DNA of 64,000 nucleotides, taken from contig NC_043000.1 of NCBI RefSeq assembly GCF_006345805.1, forward strand, positions 138,756,001 through 138,820,000. Direction: 5' to 3'. The DNA is from Octopus sinensis (Eukaryota). This document shows positions 25,853 through 39,306 of this stretch, one piece after another (the stretch's first letter is position 1; each line of letters starts with the position of its first letter). A program made the position numbers and the translations under genes. Below the pieces are notes generated by a model. The model made no database searches, was not told the origin of the DNA, and saw only the letters and a list, made by a program, of their open reading frames with translations.

Positions 25853-28322
25853 AAGATTAAATACTATAATGCCTTTCGTTTGCCATACTGATGATCCAAC
25901 CAATTCATTGTTTATTGGATAACGTAGGATTGAATGTTTCATTGCAAACCTGTTAAGCATAATAGATCCAAAGTAAAGTTTGTTGAAAATCAGTTAAATC
26001 TGGCTTCCTCATGGTAAGTTAACTCATTGATATCCAACAAAGTTTCCTTTGGACTTATTAACAAAGTCTTTTTTGAATTTTCCATCATCGTTGCAGTCAA
26101 TACATACAAACGTTTGGTTTCTGAATTTTATTAGGACATCACAGAACTTTACTGGTACTGTTCAGATGAAACTGATTATAGAACCAAACCAGATGTGAAA
26201 TGTAGGCTTCAGTACATGATTTCACAAAATGTTTTGGCAATTAGTGCTAAATATGTAAGATTTACAGAGAGATTACAAGTGAAGTGTAATTTATAAAAAA
26301 GATAGACTTTTTACCAAAGTTTCTTCCAATTACTCCAACTAGTGAAAGTTGATTTACCTAAAATTGTAGCCTAAACAAGGTCTACCTGCATCCTCTTTAT
26401 CTGCATGGCCTGCTACAGCATCTCCCAATATAGAAAAAAATTAGTTGTTAAAATAGCAATTATTTAGTAATAGTTCATGTTAAACTAGTACCTGCGAATT
26501 TTTATATCAGTATCAAAAATGTATTTATTTTTGTTAAAGGGAAGATAAATTTAAAAAATAAACCCATAATTGATATGCGTAAGTATTTCAAATTTACATT
26601 TTTTTAAAATTGAATTTTGACTGTAATCTTTGAAGATGGATTTTTAGATATATTTTTATTATGCGTATGAAGTAAACATTTAAATGAACATTCATTTACA
26701 GCAGCTTTTTATTATTACTAAATTACAATTTCATAATCTCACATTAAACCATATGCAACCGTTGCTATAGCAACACATCAACTAGTTATATACACACACA
26801 CACATAAGTGCGTGCATGTGTGTAAGTAAGCAAGTATCTATGTATAAATAACTGCTATTATTTTGTCTTTATATTTGTTTTATATTTCATATTACACCTT
26901 TCTAGTTGTGTTATATTTCAATTTAGAAGAGACAGTTGTCACACGTCTAATGACAGTTAATACCACATTACAACTGACTTATTAGAACATCATCACTCAA
27001 ATCCTCCTATCCCACCTTCATTTTCCTCTGTCTTCATTAGTGATTTCACTTAGTTGCTTTATAAGTTACACTTGAAAATTACCTAATTAATAACGTTGTT
27101 CTTTCTAACAAGATTATTTATAACTTTACCCAGTGTTGAAAAATTACTTGTATGTGGTGTACATCCAATTTAGCCAGTTGTTTACAAATTACAAAAATAA
27201 TTTCTTCTTTAGGTAAAAGCCAGAATTGCTCTGGGTGAGGATTATTTGATTAAGCCAGCCCTGGTGCTTAACTGGTATTTTATTTTATTAACTCCAGAAG
27301 GAGTTGGTCTTGACTGGATTTGAACCAAGAATGTAAAGAGCTGGAAGAAAAACTGCAAGGCATTTTATCCTATACATGAGCATCTTTGTTTATCAAGTCA
27401 ACAACAATAACACTGTGTGACATATTTTTTGTCCTTAGGTAGCAGATGTTATTTCCTATTTGCTTATCCCTCGAAAGTACGAAAAAATTGCTAATATTTC
27501 CTTCAAACTTTGCTTATGTTACATTTATCTAAATACCAAAGAATTTAGATAATTCTATCGTGTAAAAATTTAGTCCAAAGACTATGTATTACTCATAAAA
27601 TAGAGAGTACGTTTAAACACATAAGGAATCCACTCATAGGATTCAACACACTAGAAAGAACAGCTAGGTTCTATAACCACAAAATTAGGGATAAAATCCC
27701 GACAGGAAAAAACTTTTACCATTTAGTTTCCTGGACCAATTGGTTTCTGATTTTAGTTTAGCAAATAAATAATATGCCAACACTTCCATATTACTATGGA
27801 AAATAAATGCACCCATTCTTACATGTAACAATGGTACAGGTATGAAATTCTGTGACATGTCTGTTTTGATTGACAAGAAGATCAAAGCAGTTATCTTAAT
27901 CAAAACCAAAAAATGATCTCCAGATGCTCTGATAGACATATCTCTGTCTGTCTGTTTCTGTTTCTCCTTCTCTGTCTCTTTTTTTTTCTCTCTCTCTCTC
28001 TCTCTCTCTCTCCACCTCTCTTCTTATTTAATCATCAAAACATCACCCACAGGGTATTTCAAATTTTATCAAAATTTGCATGAACCTTCAGATGAGAATT
28101 ACCATCGTGTGAGAAAAATATTTCCAAGAATAATAGACACGCAAAAAAATTATAAGCCCACAACTTTATACACATGCTCTGAAAATGGCTCTATCAGATA
28201 TAGGACACATTTTATACAAGGTTGCCTTGTTAGAGTGGCAGACCTTTCTCAGTACACACCGTATATTTAAACATCCTGATACTCTAAAACAATGTACTCT
28301 GTAAAAGCATGTTTTCTACACA

Positions 28323-28645
28323 ATCATCATCATTTAACGTCCGCTTTCCATGCTAGTATGGGTTGGACGATTTGACTGAGGTCTGGTGAACCAGACTCCA
28401 ATCTGATCTGGCAGAGTTTCTACAGCTGGATGCCCTTCCTAACACCAACCACTCCGAGAGTGTAGTGGGTGCTTTTACGTGCCGCCGGCACGCGGGCCAG
28501 TTTGGTGGTACTGGCGATGGCCTCGCCCAAATGGTGCTTTTTATGCACAGAAGCCAGTCCAGTGACACTGGCGACGACCTCGCTCGAATGTTTCACGTGC
28601 CACCAGCACAAGTGCTAGTAAGGTGACTTGGTAATGATCATGCTT
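28323..28645 (-). mobile_element. Family A repeat
   Basis: Reverse family A motifs. Confidence 0.85.
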
Positions 28646-28737
28646 GTGTCATCATCTAAATGAAAACATTAAAAGATAGCACTAAATGAAAAGAAAATAC
28701 ACTACAGCAAATTAGTAATAAGCAAAACATCTCTTCT

Positions 28738-29210
28738 ATCATCATCATCATCATCATCGTTTAGCGTCCGCTTTCCATGCTAGCATGGGTTGGACGGTTC
28801 AACTGGGGTCTGGGAAGCTAGAAGGCTGCCCCAGGCCCAGTTTGATCTGGCAATGTTTCTACAGCTGGATGCCCTTCCTAACGCCAACCACTCCATAAGT
28901 GTAGTGGGTGCTTTTTACGTGCCACCGGCACAGGTGCCAGATGAGTCAGGCAAACGGCCACGATCGGATGGTGCTTTTTATGTGCCACTGGCACGGGGGC
29001 CAGGCGAGGCTGGCAATGGCCACGAACAGATGGTGCTTTTTACATGCCACCGGCACGGGGGCCAGGCGAGGCTGGCAATGGCCACGAACGGATGGTGCTT
29101 TTTACGTGCCACTGGCACGAGGCCAGTCGGGGCGGCGCTGGCAATGGCCACGTTCATATGGTTCTCTTACGTGCCACCGGCACTGGTAACTCAGCTGCAA
29201 TTTCCATTGA
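28738..29210 (-). mobile_element. Family A repeat with about 5 internal ~60-bp units
   Basis: ggtgctttttacgtgccaccggcac recurs about every 60 bp. Confidence 0.9.
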
Positions 29211-29949
29211 TCGATTTCTTCAATATACAAATAAAAAATTAAATAAACTGCAAAAACCTGAAGAATATTCAAGTGCACCTGAGTAACATTATCTGTAGAA
29301 GAGCAACGTGGTGAAAGCATTTGGTACTTTAAGAAAGGATGCAAGTCATTCAATTCAGTTCAGAATAAAGTCTATATTATAATGTCTTGGCAGTAAGTGG
29401 AAAATGAGAACAGAAGTAAAAATGATCTGTAGTTTTTCAAAGAAAATTGAAATGTAAATCTCAGTGAAACTGTAGCTATTCAACAAAGATTTTGTGAAAT
29501 ACATAAACTGTAGAGTAGTTTTAATGGTTAAATGTATTAAGATATGTGGTTCAATTCAGTAAAGCAGATGAAGTGATGCTGGGTGAACTCATTAAGAGAA
29601 TGCTAAGAGAGAAACCTGTATTATGCAGAGAAGTAAATAATGAAAAGGTATTCATGATTAAGGAAAAAGGAGGCAAAAGTGTTGGGAGTGTGAAAGAAGG
29701 TTACTGGAAAATAAAAGTTAGAGTAACATGATACATCGCAATAGAAACATTTGAGTGCATAAGTACTGCATTGAAAAGAGAGCAATAAAGAATACTGTCA
29801 TAGTTAAAGAAAAACTGAAGATTCAATGCTGAACATTGAAGAAGTGAAAGTTGATGATGGGGGAAATCAAAATTAATGGGGAAGGAAATGAATGATGCAA
29901 AGAAGGAAGCATGCTGGACTGTGAGACAAAATTTCAAAGGAATTTAGTG

Positions 29950-30520
29950 AGCTGAAGCTTGAAGAGTATGAACTTACAGTTTTGTAAGAGTGAAGTCTTT
30001 GACAACTTATACAAAATATTCATGGATGGTCAAACTGTTACTTGCATTCCAAGAAATATTATTCTCTTGTTAACAAGCTGGAGAAAATGGTAGACACGAG
30101 GGCATTGGATTAAATCAAGGCAAATTGAATTGACATTAGATTTGTGCATCCTATGTAAAGAAGAGAAACAGTTCATCGTTTGTTGACTCAATGTAAAATA
30201 CTAACTGGGAATGATTATATTGAGAATTATTATACTGTGATGATATGTTAACAGAAGCAGGAACTAAAGAAAGAAAGATTGGTTAGGAAAATGTCAAGAC
30301 AATATTACATTAAAGCACATTAGAAAATAAAATCTATGTTAGGATTTTGAATATCAAATATATATATCTTCTGTTGCCAGATTTAATTTCAGAGAATATT
30401 CATCAAAAGCGGAACTGGTTTATCAACAACGAGAAACAATTCCAGTTAAACTAGCAAGAGATACTGAGAAAGTAACAACAGCTATCTTTTGAAATTCAAC
30501 TCCAAAAAAGAAGGTATATC
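29950..30520 (+). mobile_element. Highly decayed older mariner-like remnant
   Basis: RETIPVKLARDTEKVTTAIF*NS resembles the mariner P-K-K..GKVMATVFWD segment. The rest is barely recognisable. Confidence 0.3.
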
Positions 30521-30791
30521 ATAAAGTCTATACCACCAGTTGTTTAGCTTAATGAAAGAGTGAAGTTCGAAGATAATTAACTGAACAAATTAATTAAAGG
30601 AAAGAATGCAGCTGAAGATGTGTGTATACAGTAGAAGATTAATTTTAGAGAGTGAAACCATAATGCAAAGAACAAGAACGTGTACTGTAGAGAATTTCGT
30701 CCAATATTGCTATTGATGATAATGATGATGACGATTTTTTTATTGGTCAAAAAGGCTCTCAATATGTCAGGTGCAGTCCTATGATAAAATA

Positions 30792-31357
30792 TTGGGTTGT
30801 CCAGAATGTTTGTGCCGTGTTTTAAAGGTAAGAAAAAGGTCAATAAATACTTGCCATTACATTTTTAATCAACCAAATATGAACCATTTTGTTGCACAAT
30901 GCGTCTCCATCTTTCCTTTAACTTGAAAATACCCTCTTCCAAGAATTGAGGTGGTTTCATGGCAAAGAATTCATCAAGGTATCTTTTCACGTCATCCAAG
31001 GAATTGAAATTTTTACCATTAAGACTATTCTGCAGAGACCGGAATAAGGGGAAATCCAAAGGAGCAATATCCAGTGAATATGGATGGTGGGGTAACACAT
31101 CCCAGCCAAGCTGCAGCAATTTTTGTCTGGTTCCCAAAGCATCAAGTGCCAAAAATGAACTTTCTTATCTTCCATTTTAAAAGGTTACAGAATTAACACA
31201 TGTTATAAGAACATAAACCTTCCTTGACGAAAAGATAGCTTAAACTGTGCTTTAAATGGAGGTGTAGTCAAATCCTATTTTATGGACTCAACCATGTTCT
31301 AAAATAAGTGGAAAGGTAAGCTACTATATATCGGCACAAACTTTCCGGACAACCCAA
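30792..31357 (-). mobile_element. Internally deleted mariner (DD34D) element
   Basis: ~26-bp TIRs ttgggttgtccagaatgtttgtgccg / cggcacaaactttccggacaacccaa with TA TSD. The N-terminus MEDKKVHFWHLML is joined out of frame to the C-terminus LGWDVLPHHPYSLDIAPLDFPLFRSLQNSL..ERWRRIVQQNGSY (YSPDLAPxD motif). Confidence 0.95.
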
Positions 31358-31614
31358 TACAAAGGACAACAATATAAAGCCATACACAGCACTGTGGGAG
31401 GGGTTTACATTGAGTAGTAATATTGAGTATGACAATTATGGTGGCAAGAAAGACAATGAGAATGATGATGATGACTATGACGATGATGTTGATGCTGATA
31501 CTGTCATCAGTGATGACAAGAGATTCATTTTATATTTTCAAAAAATTGGTTTCGGAAATTTCAATTATGCAGGGCTGCATTATAATCTTGTTAAAGAACA
31601 AAATAATATGCTGG

Positions 31615-31920
31615 GGGGATGTGTTTACACAGCACTGGCATGGGTGCTTTTTATGTGGTACTGACACCTGAAAGAACAAGCCTGTGTGTGGGGAAGACAG
31701 CGATTTTACTTAGCCTGACATGTCTTACCAAGTACAGCAAATCACCACATCTGATCTCTTGTCATTTCCTTAGTCAGGCCCAGTGTCAGAAGATCCTTTC
31801 TTACCACTTCATCACATGTCTACCTGGGTCTACCTTTTCCACAGGTACCCTCCACAATTAGAGCTTGGCACTTCTTTACTCAGCTCTTTTTATCCATATG
31901 CATCACATGACCAAACCAGC
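31615..31920 (-). mobile_element. RTE LINE 3' fragment
   Basis: WFGHVMHMDKKS*VKKCQALIVEGTCGKGRPR*TCDEVVRKDL. Confidence 0.85.
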
Positions 31921-32271
31921 TGTGAATTCCAGTTTTAGAATAGGTACGATTGGTCCCTATGTTTTATAAGAGGTAGCTAAATGGATTGTTGTCAAGAAGG
32001 GTATCCATCCGTAAAAGCCGGCTTTAGAAAACCCCAAAATGCTGGTGACGGTAGTGATGATCTGTAAATGTTGCATCTTGCTGCATAATTGGGCCAGCAA
32101 GACTTTATTTCATTGTTATGTAATAATTCATCAGGATTTGCTGATCTCTCCTTCTCAAGCTGGTGTTAGTAGTAGCTGAATTTAATTATTATAAAATGTA
32201 AATGAGTATGTGACCAGGAGTAAGCTCATTCCTGTAATGGTACAAATTTAACGGCCGATAATAGTTATTAA

Positions 32272-32490
32272 CCCTTTAGCAATGAGATTACTCTGTCAAT
32301 TGTAAAGCTTATTTATTCACATTGTCCTGAATAAATCATGCATTATCTTGTAGCTCTGAAATTTTGATGATATGATTGTTTATTTTGAGAATGACATTGA
32401 GTAGATGCAAGAGGGAGGCTGTATCTGGCCAGTTTAAACATAAAACAAGTACAATATTTTGACTAGATATGGCTAGTTTCAAAGCTAAAG
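32272..32490. mobile_element. piggyBac-type MITE with degraded right end
   Basis: TTAA|CCCTTTAGC ... GCTAAAG. The right TTAA is lost. Confidence 0.55.
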
Positions 32491-32634
32491 TACCATTACG
32501 GTATGGGTTATAAATATATAGACTTACATTTATATGTGTTTAATATCCCTGTGAAATTGCACCCATGAATGCATTTTGAGTAGCTTGGAATGAAGATTGG
32601 CTAAAATGTATACTTCTTATATATTGGTTTCCAA

Positions 32635-32840
32635 TTTTGGCACAAGGCCAGCAATTTTGAAGGAGGGGTTAAATCAATTATATCAACCCTAGTGCTCAAT
32701 AGGTACTTATTTTATCAACTCCGAAATAATGAAAAGTGAAGTTGACCTAGGTAGAATTTGAACTCAGGACATAAAGATGGACCAAATGCTGCTAAGTATT
32801 TTGCCTAGTGTGCTAATGATTCTACCAGCTTGCTATCCTT
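32635..32840 (-). mobile_element. Diverged family B SINE with the alternative tail
   Basis: agaatttgaactcagga and ggcacaaggcc tail. Confidence 0.75.
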
Positions 32841-33967
32841 ATGCTGCTTGTATATTGCTGCTAGAACTGCACTATGAGCCTGATAAAATGTTCTTTTTAT
32901 TATTTGTTTGATCCATTGGAATTAGCATATTTCTTGGTTTGACAACCAAGACATGGATCTTGGGTTACTTTACTGAAATCTACTCTGATGCAAGTACTTC
33001 AGCTAGGCAACCACTTTGAGTATACATTGGTACCATGAAGTGGCTTATTCCTATTGTGCTAAATTATGATTTGTGCTTTTATTTCTCCTTTTCCTGAACC
33101 AGTCCTAGAGGCTCTATTAAATGGGTAACAGGAATTGCCTTTCCTTTTTTGACTATGGTAAAATAATAGCAAATCAAAATTGTATCAAAATAAGCTTCTT
33201 GTTAAAAGCATGACTAAATACTTTGTATAACCAATATAGTTTTCTTCAGCGAGTATTACTGAACTTAAAATCTACTGAGAGCTGCCAGTAGTACAATTAT
33301 CTAGGACACACAAAGATGGCATGCCAGCAGTTATTCTCAAGGTTATAAGACCAAAAAAAGAAAGAAAAAATGTTTGAACAGTATACGGTAGCAGTCAGGA
33401 TTGATAGCACCACTTAATTTGTGGTTCAGATAAAGAGAAAATAATCACAGACATAATTCTCAGACAAGATCACAATCAAGTCAAATTAGATTTCAATATT
33501 GTAAACATAGTCACTTGTGAAATTATAAAATCAATATAACAGAAAGAAACTTAGCCATCACCAATATATATATAAGAAATGGTAGGATAAAATGTGTCCT
33601 TAGATGATCTTTCACTTTTGTGAACACATATGCATAAAGGGTTGCATGCATTCATAAATAAACTCATACAGACATTTGTATACACAACAGACACTCATCG
33701 GATTATTGTGTGCCCAGACAATTATAAAAACACTAGTTTACTTAATGTTAGCGTATTTAATGCAGGAGCATGCTGGTAATGTCTCAAATTATTTCATTCA
33801 TAAAACTAATAAAAGCTCATAGAAAAAATATGTGACATTAAGTTGATTTGCAGAAATGAATAAAAACAATCTAATGTTTTGGACACTTGTGTGACCATGG
33901 TATTAGTTTTCATATTCTTTCTCCCTGAAAATGGACAAGTGTCTCAAACATTGTATTTCCTCTCAAG

Positions 33968-34545
33968 ACGGTGAACTGGCAGAAATGTGAGCATGCCAGG
34001 GGAAATGCTTAGTGGTATTTCATCTGCCATTACGTTCTGAGTTCAAATTCTGCTGAGTTCGACTTTGCCTTTCATCCTTTCAGGGTCGATAAATTAAGGA
34101 CCAGTTACGCACTGGGGTCGATACAATCGACTTGATCCGATTGTCTATCCTTGTTTGCCCCCTCTGTGTTTAGCCCCTTGTGGGTAGTAAAGAAATAGGT
34201 ATTTCATCTTCCGTTATGTTCTGAGTTTAAATTCTGCTGAGGTTCACTTTGCCTTTCATCCTTTCAGGGTCAATAAATTAAGGATCAGTTATGCACTGGG
34301 GTCGATACAATCGACTTAATCCGTTTGTCTGTCCTTGTTTGTCCCCTCTGTGTTTAGCCCCTTGTGGGTAGTAAAGAAATAGGTATTTCATCTGCCGTTA
34401 TGTTCTGAGTTTAAATTCTGCTGAGGTCGACTTTGCCTTTCATCCTTTCAGGGTCGATAAATTAAGTACTAGTTGTGTACTGGGATTGATCTAATAGATT
34501 AGCTCCTCCCCAAATATTTCGGGCCTTGTGCCTAGAGTAGGAATG
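33968..34545 (+). mobile_element. Head-to-tail trimer of family B SINE
   Basis: Three ~180-bp units starting ggtatttcatctgccg. Only the first has the A-box head. Confidence 0.9.
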
Positions 34546-34789
34546 ATATTTCCTCTCCTCATGACAATATCTTCATTGCAATATCTTTATATATATCTAC
34601 AAAATCTTATAGATTTACTTTTGCTGATGTGAACCAGTTTCATGAAATTCTTGCCTTTATGGTATCAGTTTACAAATATAATTTCTCATGTAAATAGGGC
34701 AACAGATAAAAACAAATTCATGGAATAGTGTAAACAGAAGTTGAAAGGAATGTTGTTCTTTAGCCCCCAGACAATTCCTATAATAATAA

Positions 34790-35655
34790 TAATGAAATTA
34801 TTGTATACAGTGCTCAGGTGCACCACAACATGTCAAAAAGTGCGTATAAAGTATATGCAGTAATGTACAAATGTCTGGAAAGCGAACAGTGTATGAGTCA
34901 GATACATGCTTGCGTGTGTATGGAGGGGAGAAAGTCAGGTGTAGTGTTGGCGAATCTCAGGAAGCATGGAAATTTTGAAGGATGCAGTGCTCCAACAACT
35001 AACAACTGATGCCAGCAGTTTGTTCCATACTTCAGCAACTCTTTGCGAAAAAAATGTTTCCGAAAGTCATGGGAGCTGTGCTGTTTTCTGACTTTGTAAA
35101 CATGTCCACGAGTGTTAGACAGGTGGAGTTTGAAAAGGTGCGCAGAGTTATTGTTAGTAAGATGGTTAATAATTTTATGGGTGTCTGCCAAGTCAGCTGC
35201 CAGATGTCGGAGTTTCAATATGTCCATGCCCAGGGAAGTAAGGCGTTCAGAATATGGCAGATGCCTGTTGGAGGGTATTCTCTTGGTTGCACATCACTGA
35301 ACAGCTTCCAGACGATTAATATCCTGGGCAAGATAGGGATTCCAGACCAGTGATGCAAATTCCAGGTGAGGTCATACCATAGCTATATAAATATTTCTTT
35401 ACTACCCACAAGGGGCTAAACATAGAGGGGACAAACAAGGACAGACAAAGGGTTTAAGTCGATTACATAAACCCCAGTACGAAACTGGTACTTTATTTAT
35501 CGACCCAGAAAGGATGAAAGGCAAAGTCGACCTCGGCGGAATTTGAACTCAGAACGTAAGGGCAGAGAAAATACGGCTACGCATTTCACCCAGCGTGCTA
35601 ACGTTTCTGCCAGCTCGCCGCCTTATATACCATAGCTATATAAAGCTGCAGATAG
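34790..35655 (-). mobile_element. CR1-clade LINE 3' end, interrupted by a SINE
   Basis: YIAMV*PHLEFASLVWNPYLAQDINRLEAVQ*CATKRI..YSERLTSLGMDILKLRHLAADL..NTRGHVYKV..RKHFF. Confidence 0.88.
35392..35622 (-). mobile_element. Family B SINE with ~18-bp TSD
   Basis: ataccatagctatataaa at 35374-35391 and 35627-35644. Confidence 0.93.
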
Positions 35656-35854
35656 ATAGTTTGAGCAGAACCATGACTATTTCATTCTTTTAGTAAATTT
35701 AGGACTCTATCATCCAATGTATCCTTTTTGTGGCATTTTAAGCAATGATTAGCTGTTTGAGCAAGATTTTAAAGAACAATTGGTTGTTTCTTCCAAAAGG
35801 GTGAGTGACAACTTAGAGGACATTTTGTTGACTTGATATGAACAAATATATACG

Positions 35855-36258
35855 CTCTTTACTCTCTTTTACTTGTTTCAGTCATTTGACTGTGGCCATG
35901 CTGGAGCACCACCTTTAGTCGAGCAAATCGACCCCGGGTCTTATTCTTTGTAAGCCCAGTACTTTTTCTATCGGTCTCTTTTGCCAAACCGCTAAGTGAC
36001 GGGGACATAAACACACCAGCATCGGTTGTCAAGCAATGCTAGGGTACAAACACACACACACATACATAGATATATATATATATATACATATATACGATAG
36101 GCTTCTTTCAGTTTCCATCTACCAAATCCACTCACAAGGCACTGGTCGGCCTGGGGCTATAGCAGAAGACACTTGCCCAAGATGCCACGCAGTGGGACTG
36201 AACCCGGAACCATGTGGTTGGTTAGCAAGCTACTTACCACACAGCCACTCCTGCGCCT
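35855..36258 (-). mobile_element. Family C SINE
   Basis: Reverse family C consensus. Confidence 0.92.
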
Positions 36259-36689
36259 ATATATACTTATATTTTATGAAATCTTTCCTTTCAGTTCTTT
36301 GGAGATGAAGAAACTTCCTAGCTGATGTCATGTCATCAGTATATCTTCTGAGAAAATGAATCTCCTCTTAAGTCCCCTTACATCTTCCAATCTGAGGCAG
36401 AACGCGAAACTATGGTCACTTCATTCAGTTAGTTGATCTCTTGCTCCCTTTCACATTTACTTATTTAACATAAAAGCACCAGCTCTAAATCATAATGTCA
36501 AATGAAGCACATGTTGCTTATCTGTAGTAGTTTCAACTCTTTCTAGTTAGTTTGTCATCTACTTTCATAATATTATGTAGCATTTTGTAATACAGAAGTC
36601 TCCTAACTTCTTGTGCTAATTAATTCATTGAATTATTGATATGAATACATGTAAATATAAACAATATGGGCATATGTAAATATAAACAT

Positions 36690-37085
36690 AGGTGCAGGAG
36701 TGGCTGCATGGTAAGTAGCTTGCTTACCAACCACATGGTTCCGGGTTCAATCCCACTGTGTGGCACCTTGGGCAAGTGTCTTCTACTATAGCCTCGGGCC
36801 GACCAAAGCCTTGTGAGTGTATTTGGTAGACGGAAACTGAAAAAAGTCCGTTATATGTATATATATATGTATTTATGTATATGTTTGTGTGTCTGTGTTT
36901 GTCCTCCCAGCATCGCTTGACAACCAATTCTGGTGTATTTACGTCCCTTACACTTAGCGTTTCGGCGAGAGAGACTGATAGAATAAGTACTAGGCTTACA
37001 AAGAATAAGTCCTGGGGTTGATTTGCTTGACTAAAGGCGGTGCTCCAGCATGGCCACAGTCAAATGACTGAAACAAATAAAAGAA
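36690..37085 (+). mobile_element. Family C SINE
   Basis: Family C consensus. Confidence 0.92.
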
Positions 37086-38375
37086 TATGGGTTAAATAAG
37101 ATATACGCAAACTCAAATATTAGTATGGTCATTCTTGCCTCCACACACAGCCTAGTTAAAACTGAGAATTACCAATAAAGAAATCAATGATTTACACAGA
37201 AACTTACTTATAAGTGTGTCTAACAGTGACTACACGTATTCTGAAAGCAAGTTCAAGATATACCCGAAGGATATGTTCTCATCTTAGTTAGGAGCCTCCA
37301 AGATTGGTGTGAAGGGAGATGGAAGGTAATGTATATCTTGAAAACTGGTACAAATACTTGTAACCGAGTCTGCTAAAGACAGTCAAGTTGCCAGGTGGTG
37401 CTGTTAACTGGATGACTGATTAAGTCTACTGCTCACTCACACACAATTACACATAAATTGTGCATAATGCACAAATTATTATCAGAAAATAAAGCCACTT
37501 CTGTCAAAGTTCTACATAAGAAGATGAGTTGAAAAAATTACCTTGAAATTATATTATCAGGAAGCTGAAATATTAACACCAATAGAGAGAAAACAAATGG
37601 TAGACAGAAATTGTTAAGAGAATGTTTAAAAAAATCATTTACTGAAATTTTAAAAAAATACATTCTCCACTTACAACTTCATCAGTTACAAGGTTTCCAT
37701 CAACATGAAATTTTGGGAGTTGGCACTTATCAAACCAAACACACAATATGATTACAAACCAGACTTTTTAACCATGTTACGAAGCTTATCAAATATGTCT
37801 CTCTATATGTGCCTATGTGTATTGTTTGCATGTGTTCATGTGCAATTTTTTTTACAAAATATCATGTGGTGGTGTATTTTACAAGTAATCTAATTCATCA
37901 AGTAAAGTTTGAACTTGTGACTAATTGGTCCGTAGTTCAAAACATATAGTTCAAATCCATTTTGTTATATTTTATTTAATGCAATAGAAATAATCAACCG
38001 TTTGTTTATCATTACAAAATCTATCAAATGTAGACGTAGTTATTTATTTGATTGATAGCAATGACAGAGTAAGAATTTTAATGGCTAAGATGATGAATGG
38101 ATGGAGGATGTATAAATGAATGGATAGCAAAATAAATGAAGAAGAATATGTGGAAGATGAGGAAAAAGATGATGACAATGATGATGATAAACGTTCTGAA
38201 TGAAATTGATAGTGTTTTTGCACAAAACAAAAATAATTTCCCTTTTTCATTGAGATTAAGTTTTGTATTTGACATGGAAACTATTTCAAATGACTTATAT
38301 ATGTATGTGAGCGCGTGTGTACTGTGCGCGATTTTTTCCTCCGTTTTCCCTTCCTTGGATCTTTCCTTTTCCTAT

Positions 38376-38409
38376 GTTTCTGACGAAGAGCTCCGCTTGA
38401 AACGTCAAA
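38376..38409 (+). ncRNA. Atypical minimal hammerhead-like motif in a pLTR-like repeat (38300-38510)
   Basis: uuu-CUGACGA-a gagc ucc gcuu-GAAA-CG-UC-aaa. Same family as 3116-3150. Confidence 0.55.
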
Positions 38410-38505
38410 TCCCCCTTCTTTCTTTCCTTCCTGAGCCTCCAATAACACTATACTTGTTCCACGTCCTTGCGTTGTTGTGTTTTCTCTTTGTGTTTTCGTG
38501 TTTGG

Positions 38506-38566
<61 letters not shown>

Positions 38567-38579
38567 ATATATATATATC

Positions 38580-38757
38580 GTCCCAGTGGCACGTAAAAAA
38601 CACCCACTACACTCTCAGAATATTTGGCGTTAGGAAGGGCATCCAGCTGCAAAAACATTGCCAGATCAGACTGGTGCCTGGTACAGCTTCCTGGCTTTCC
38701 AGACCCCCGTCGAACTGTCAAATTCATGCCAGCATGGAAACCATGACGATGATGATG
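38580..38757 (+). mobile_element. Family A repeat
   Basis: Family A motifs. Confidence 0.85.
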
Positions 38758-38879
38758 TTATATATATGTGTGTGTGTGTGTGCGTTTGAAAATATCGTTA
38801 TAGGTATAAATATACCATAGACAAAAACATGGAGGAGAAAAAGATGTTGCATCAAAATTAGATTTAATACAAATTAAGA

Positions 38880-38985
38880 TTCAACGCATACACGAGTTTC
38901 AAAGGACAATACAATTATGTAAAAAAAATTATAATCATAGTAATTATAATTAAATTTATGCATTGTCATTCTCATCAGAGTGAAG
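38880..38985 (-). ncRNA. Degenerate hammerhead motif with long helix II
   Basis: Minus strand: uucacu-CUGAUGA-gaau gacaaugca...uguauuguc cuuu-GAAA-C UCGU G-UA-ugcguugaa. Confidence 0.5.
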
Positions 38986-39306
38986 AATTTTTGGAAGGAC
39001 ATCAAAAAAGATAGAGTCAAAACTATTGAACAGGTTGCAACACGCAACGAAAATTTTAGGAAAATAAAAATAAGAAATAAGTGGAAATTTTACCGGTGAG
39101 TGTGTTAAATAATAAGGTACAAAAAGAAAATTACTCTCCTCAGGCACATCAAAAAAGGTTTAATAAAATAAAGTAAATTAAAATAAGATACAATAAGGGA
39201 AAATACAAAAGGCGTAATAGGGAAAAATCAGATATTTACAAGCAAGTTGTTAAAGGGAAAAAATAACAATAATAATAATGAGAGAAACGAAAGAGAAAAA
39301 AAAACA

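Noticed and set aside
25130-26230. Coding-like stretches in unique DNA
   Set aside because: Every candidate exon frame contains stops, and no family was recognised.
28790-29286. Recurrent ORF family (..FLQLDALPNANHS..GAFYVPP..), also at 1356, 21882, 38281 and 61965
   Set aside because: They are reading frames through the non-coding family A repeat, and frames and stops are not conserved between copies.
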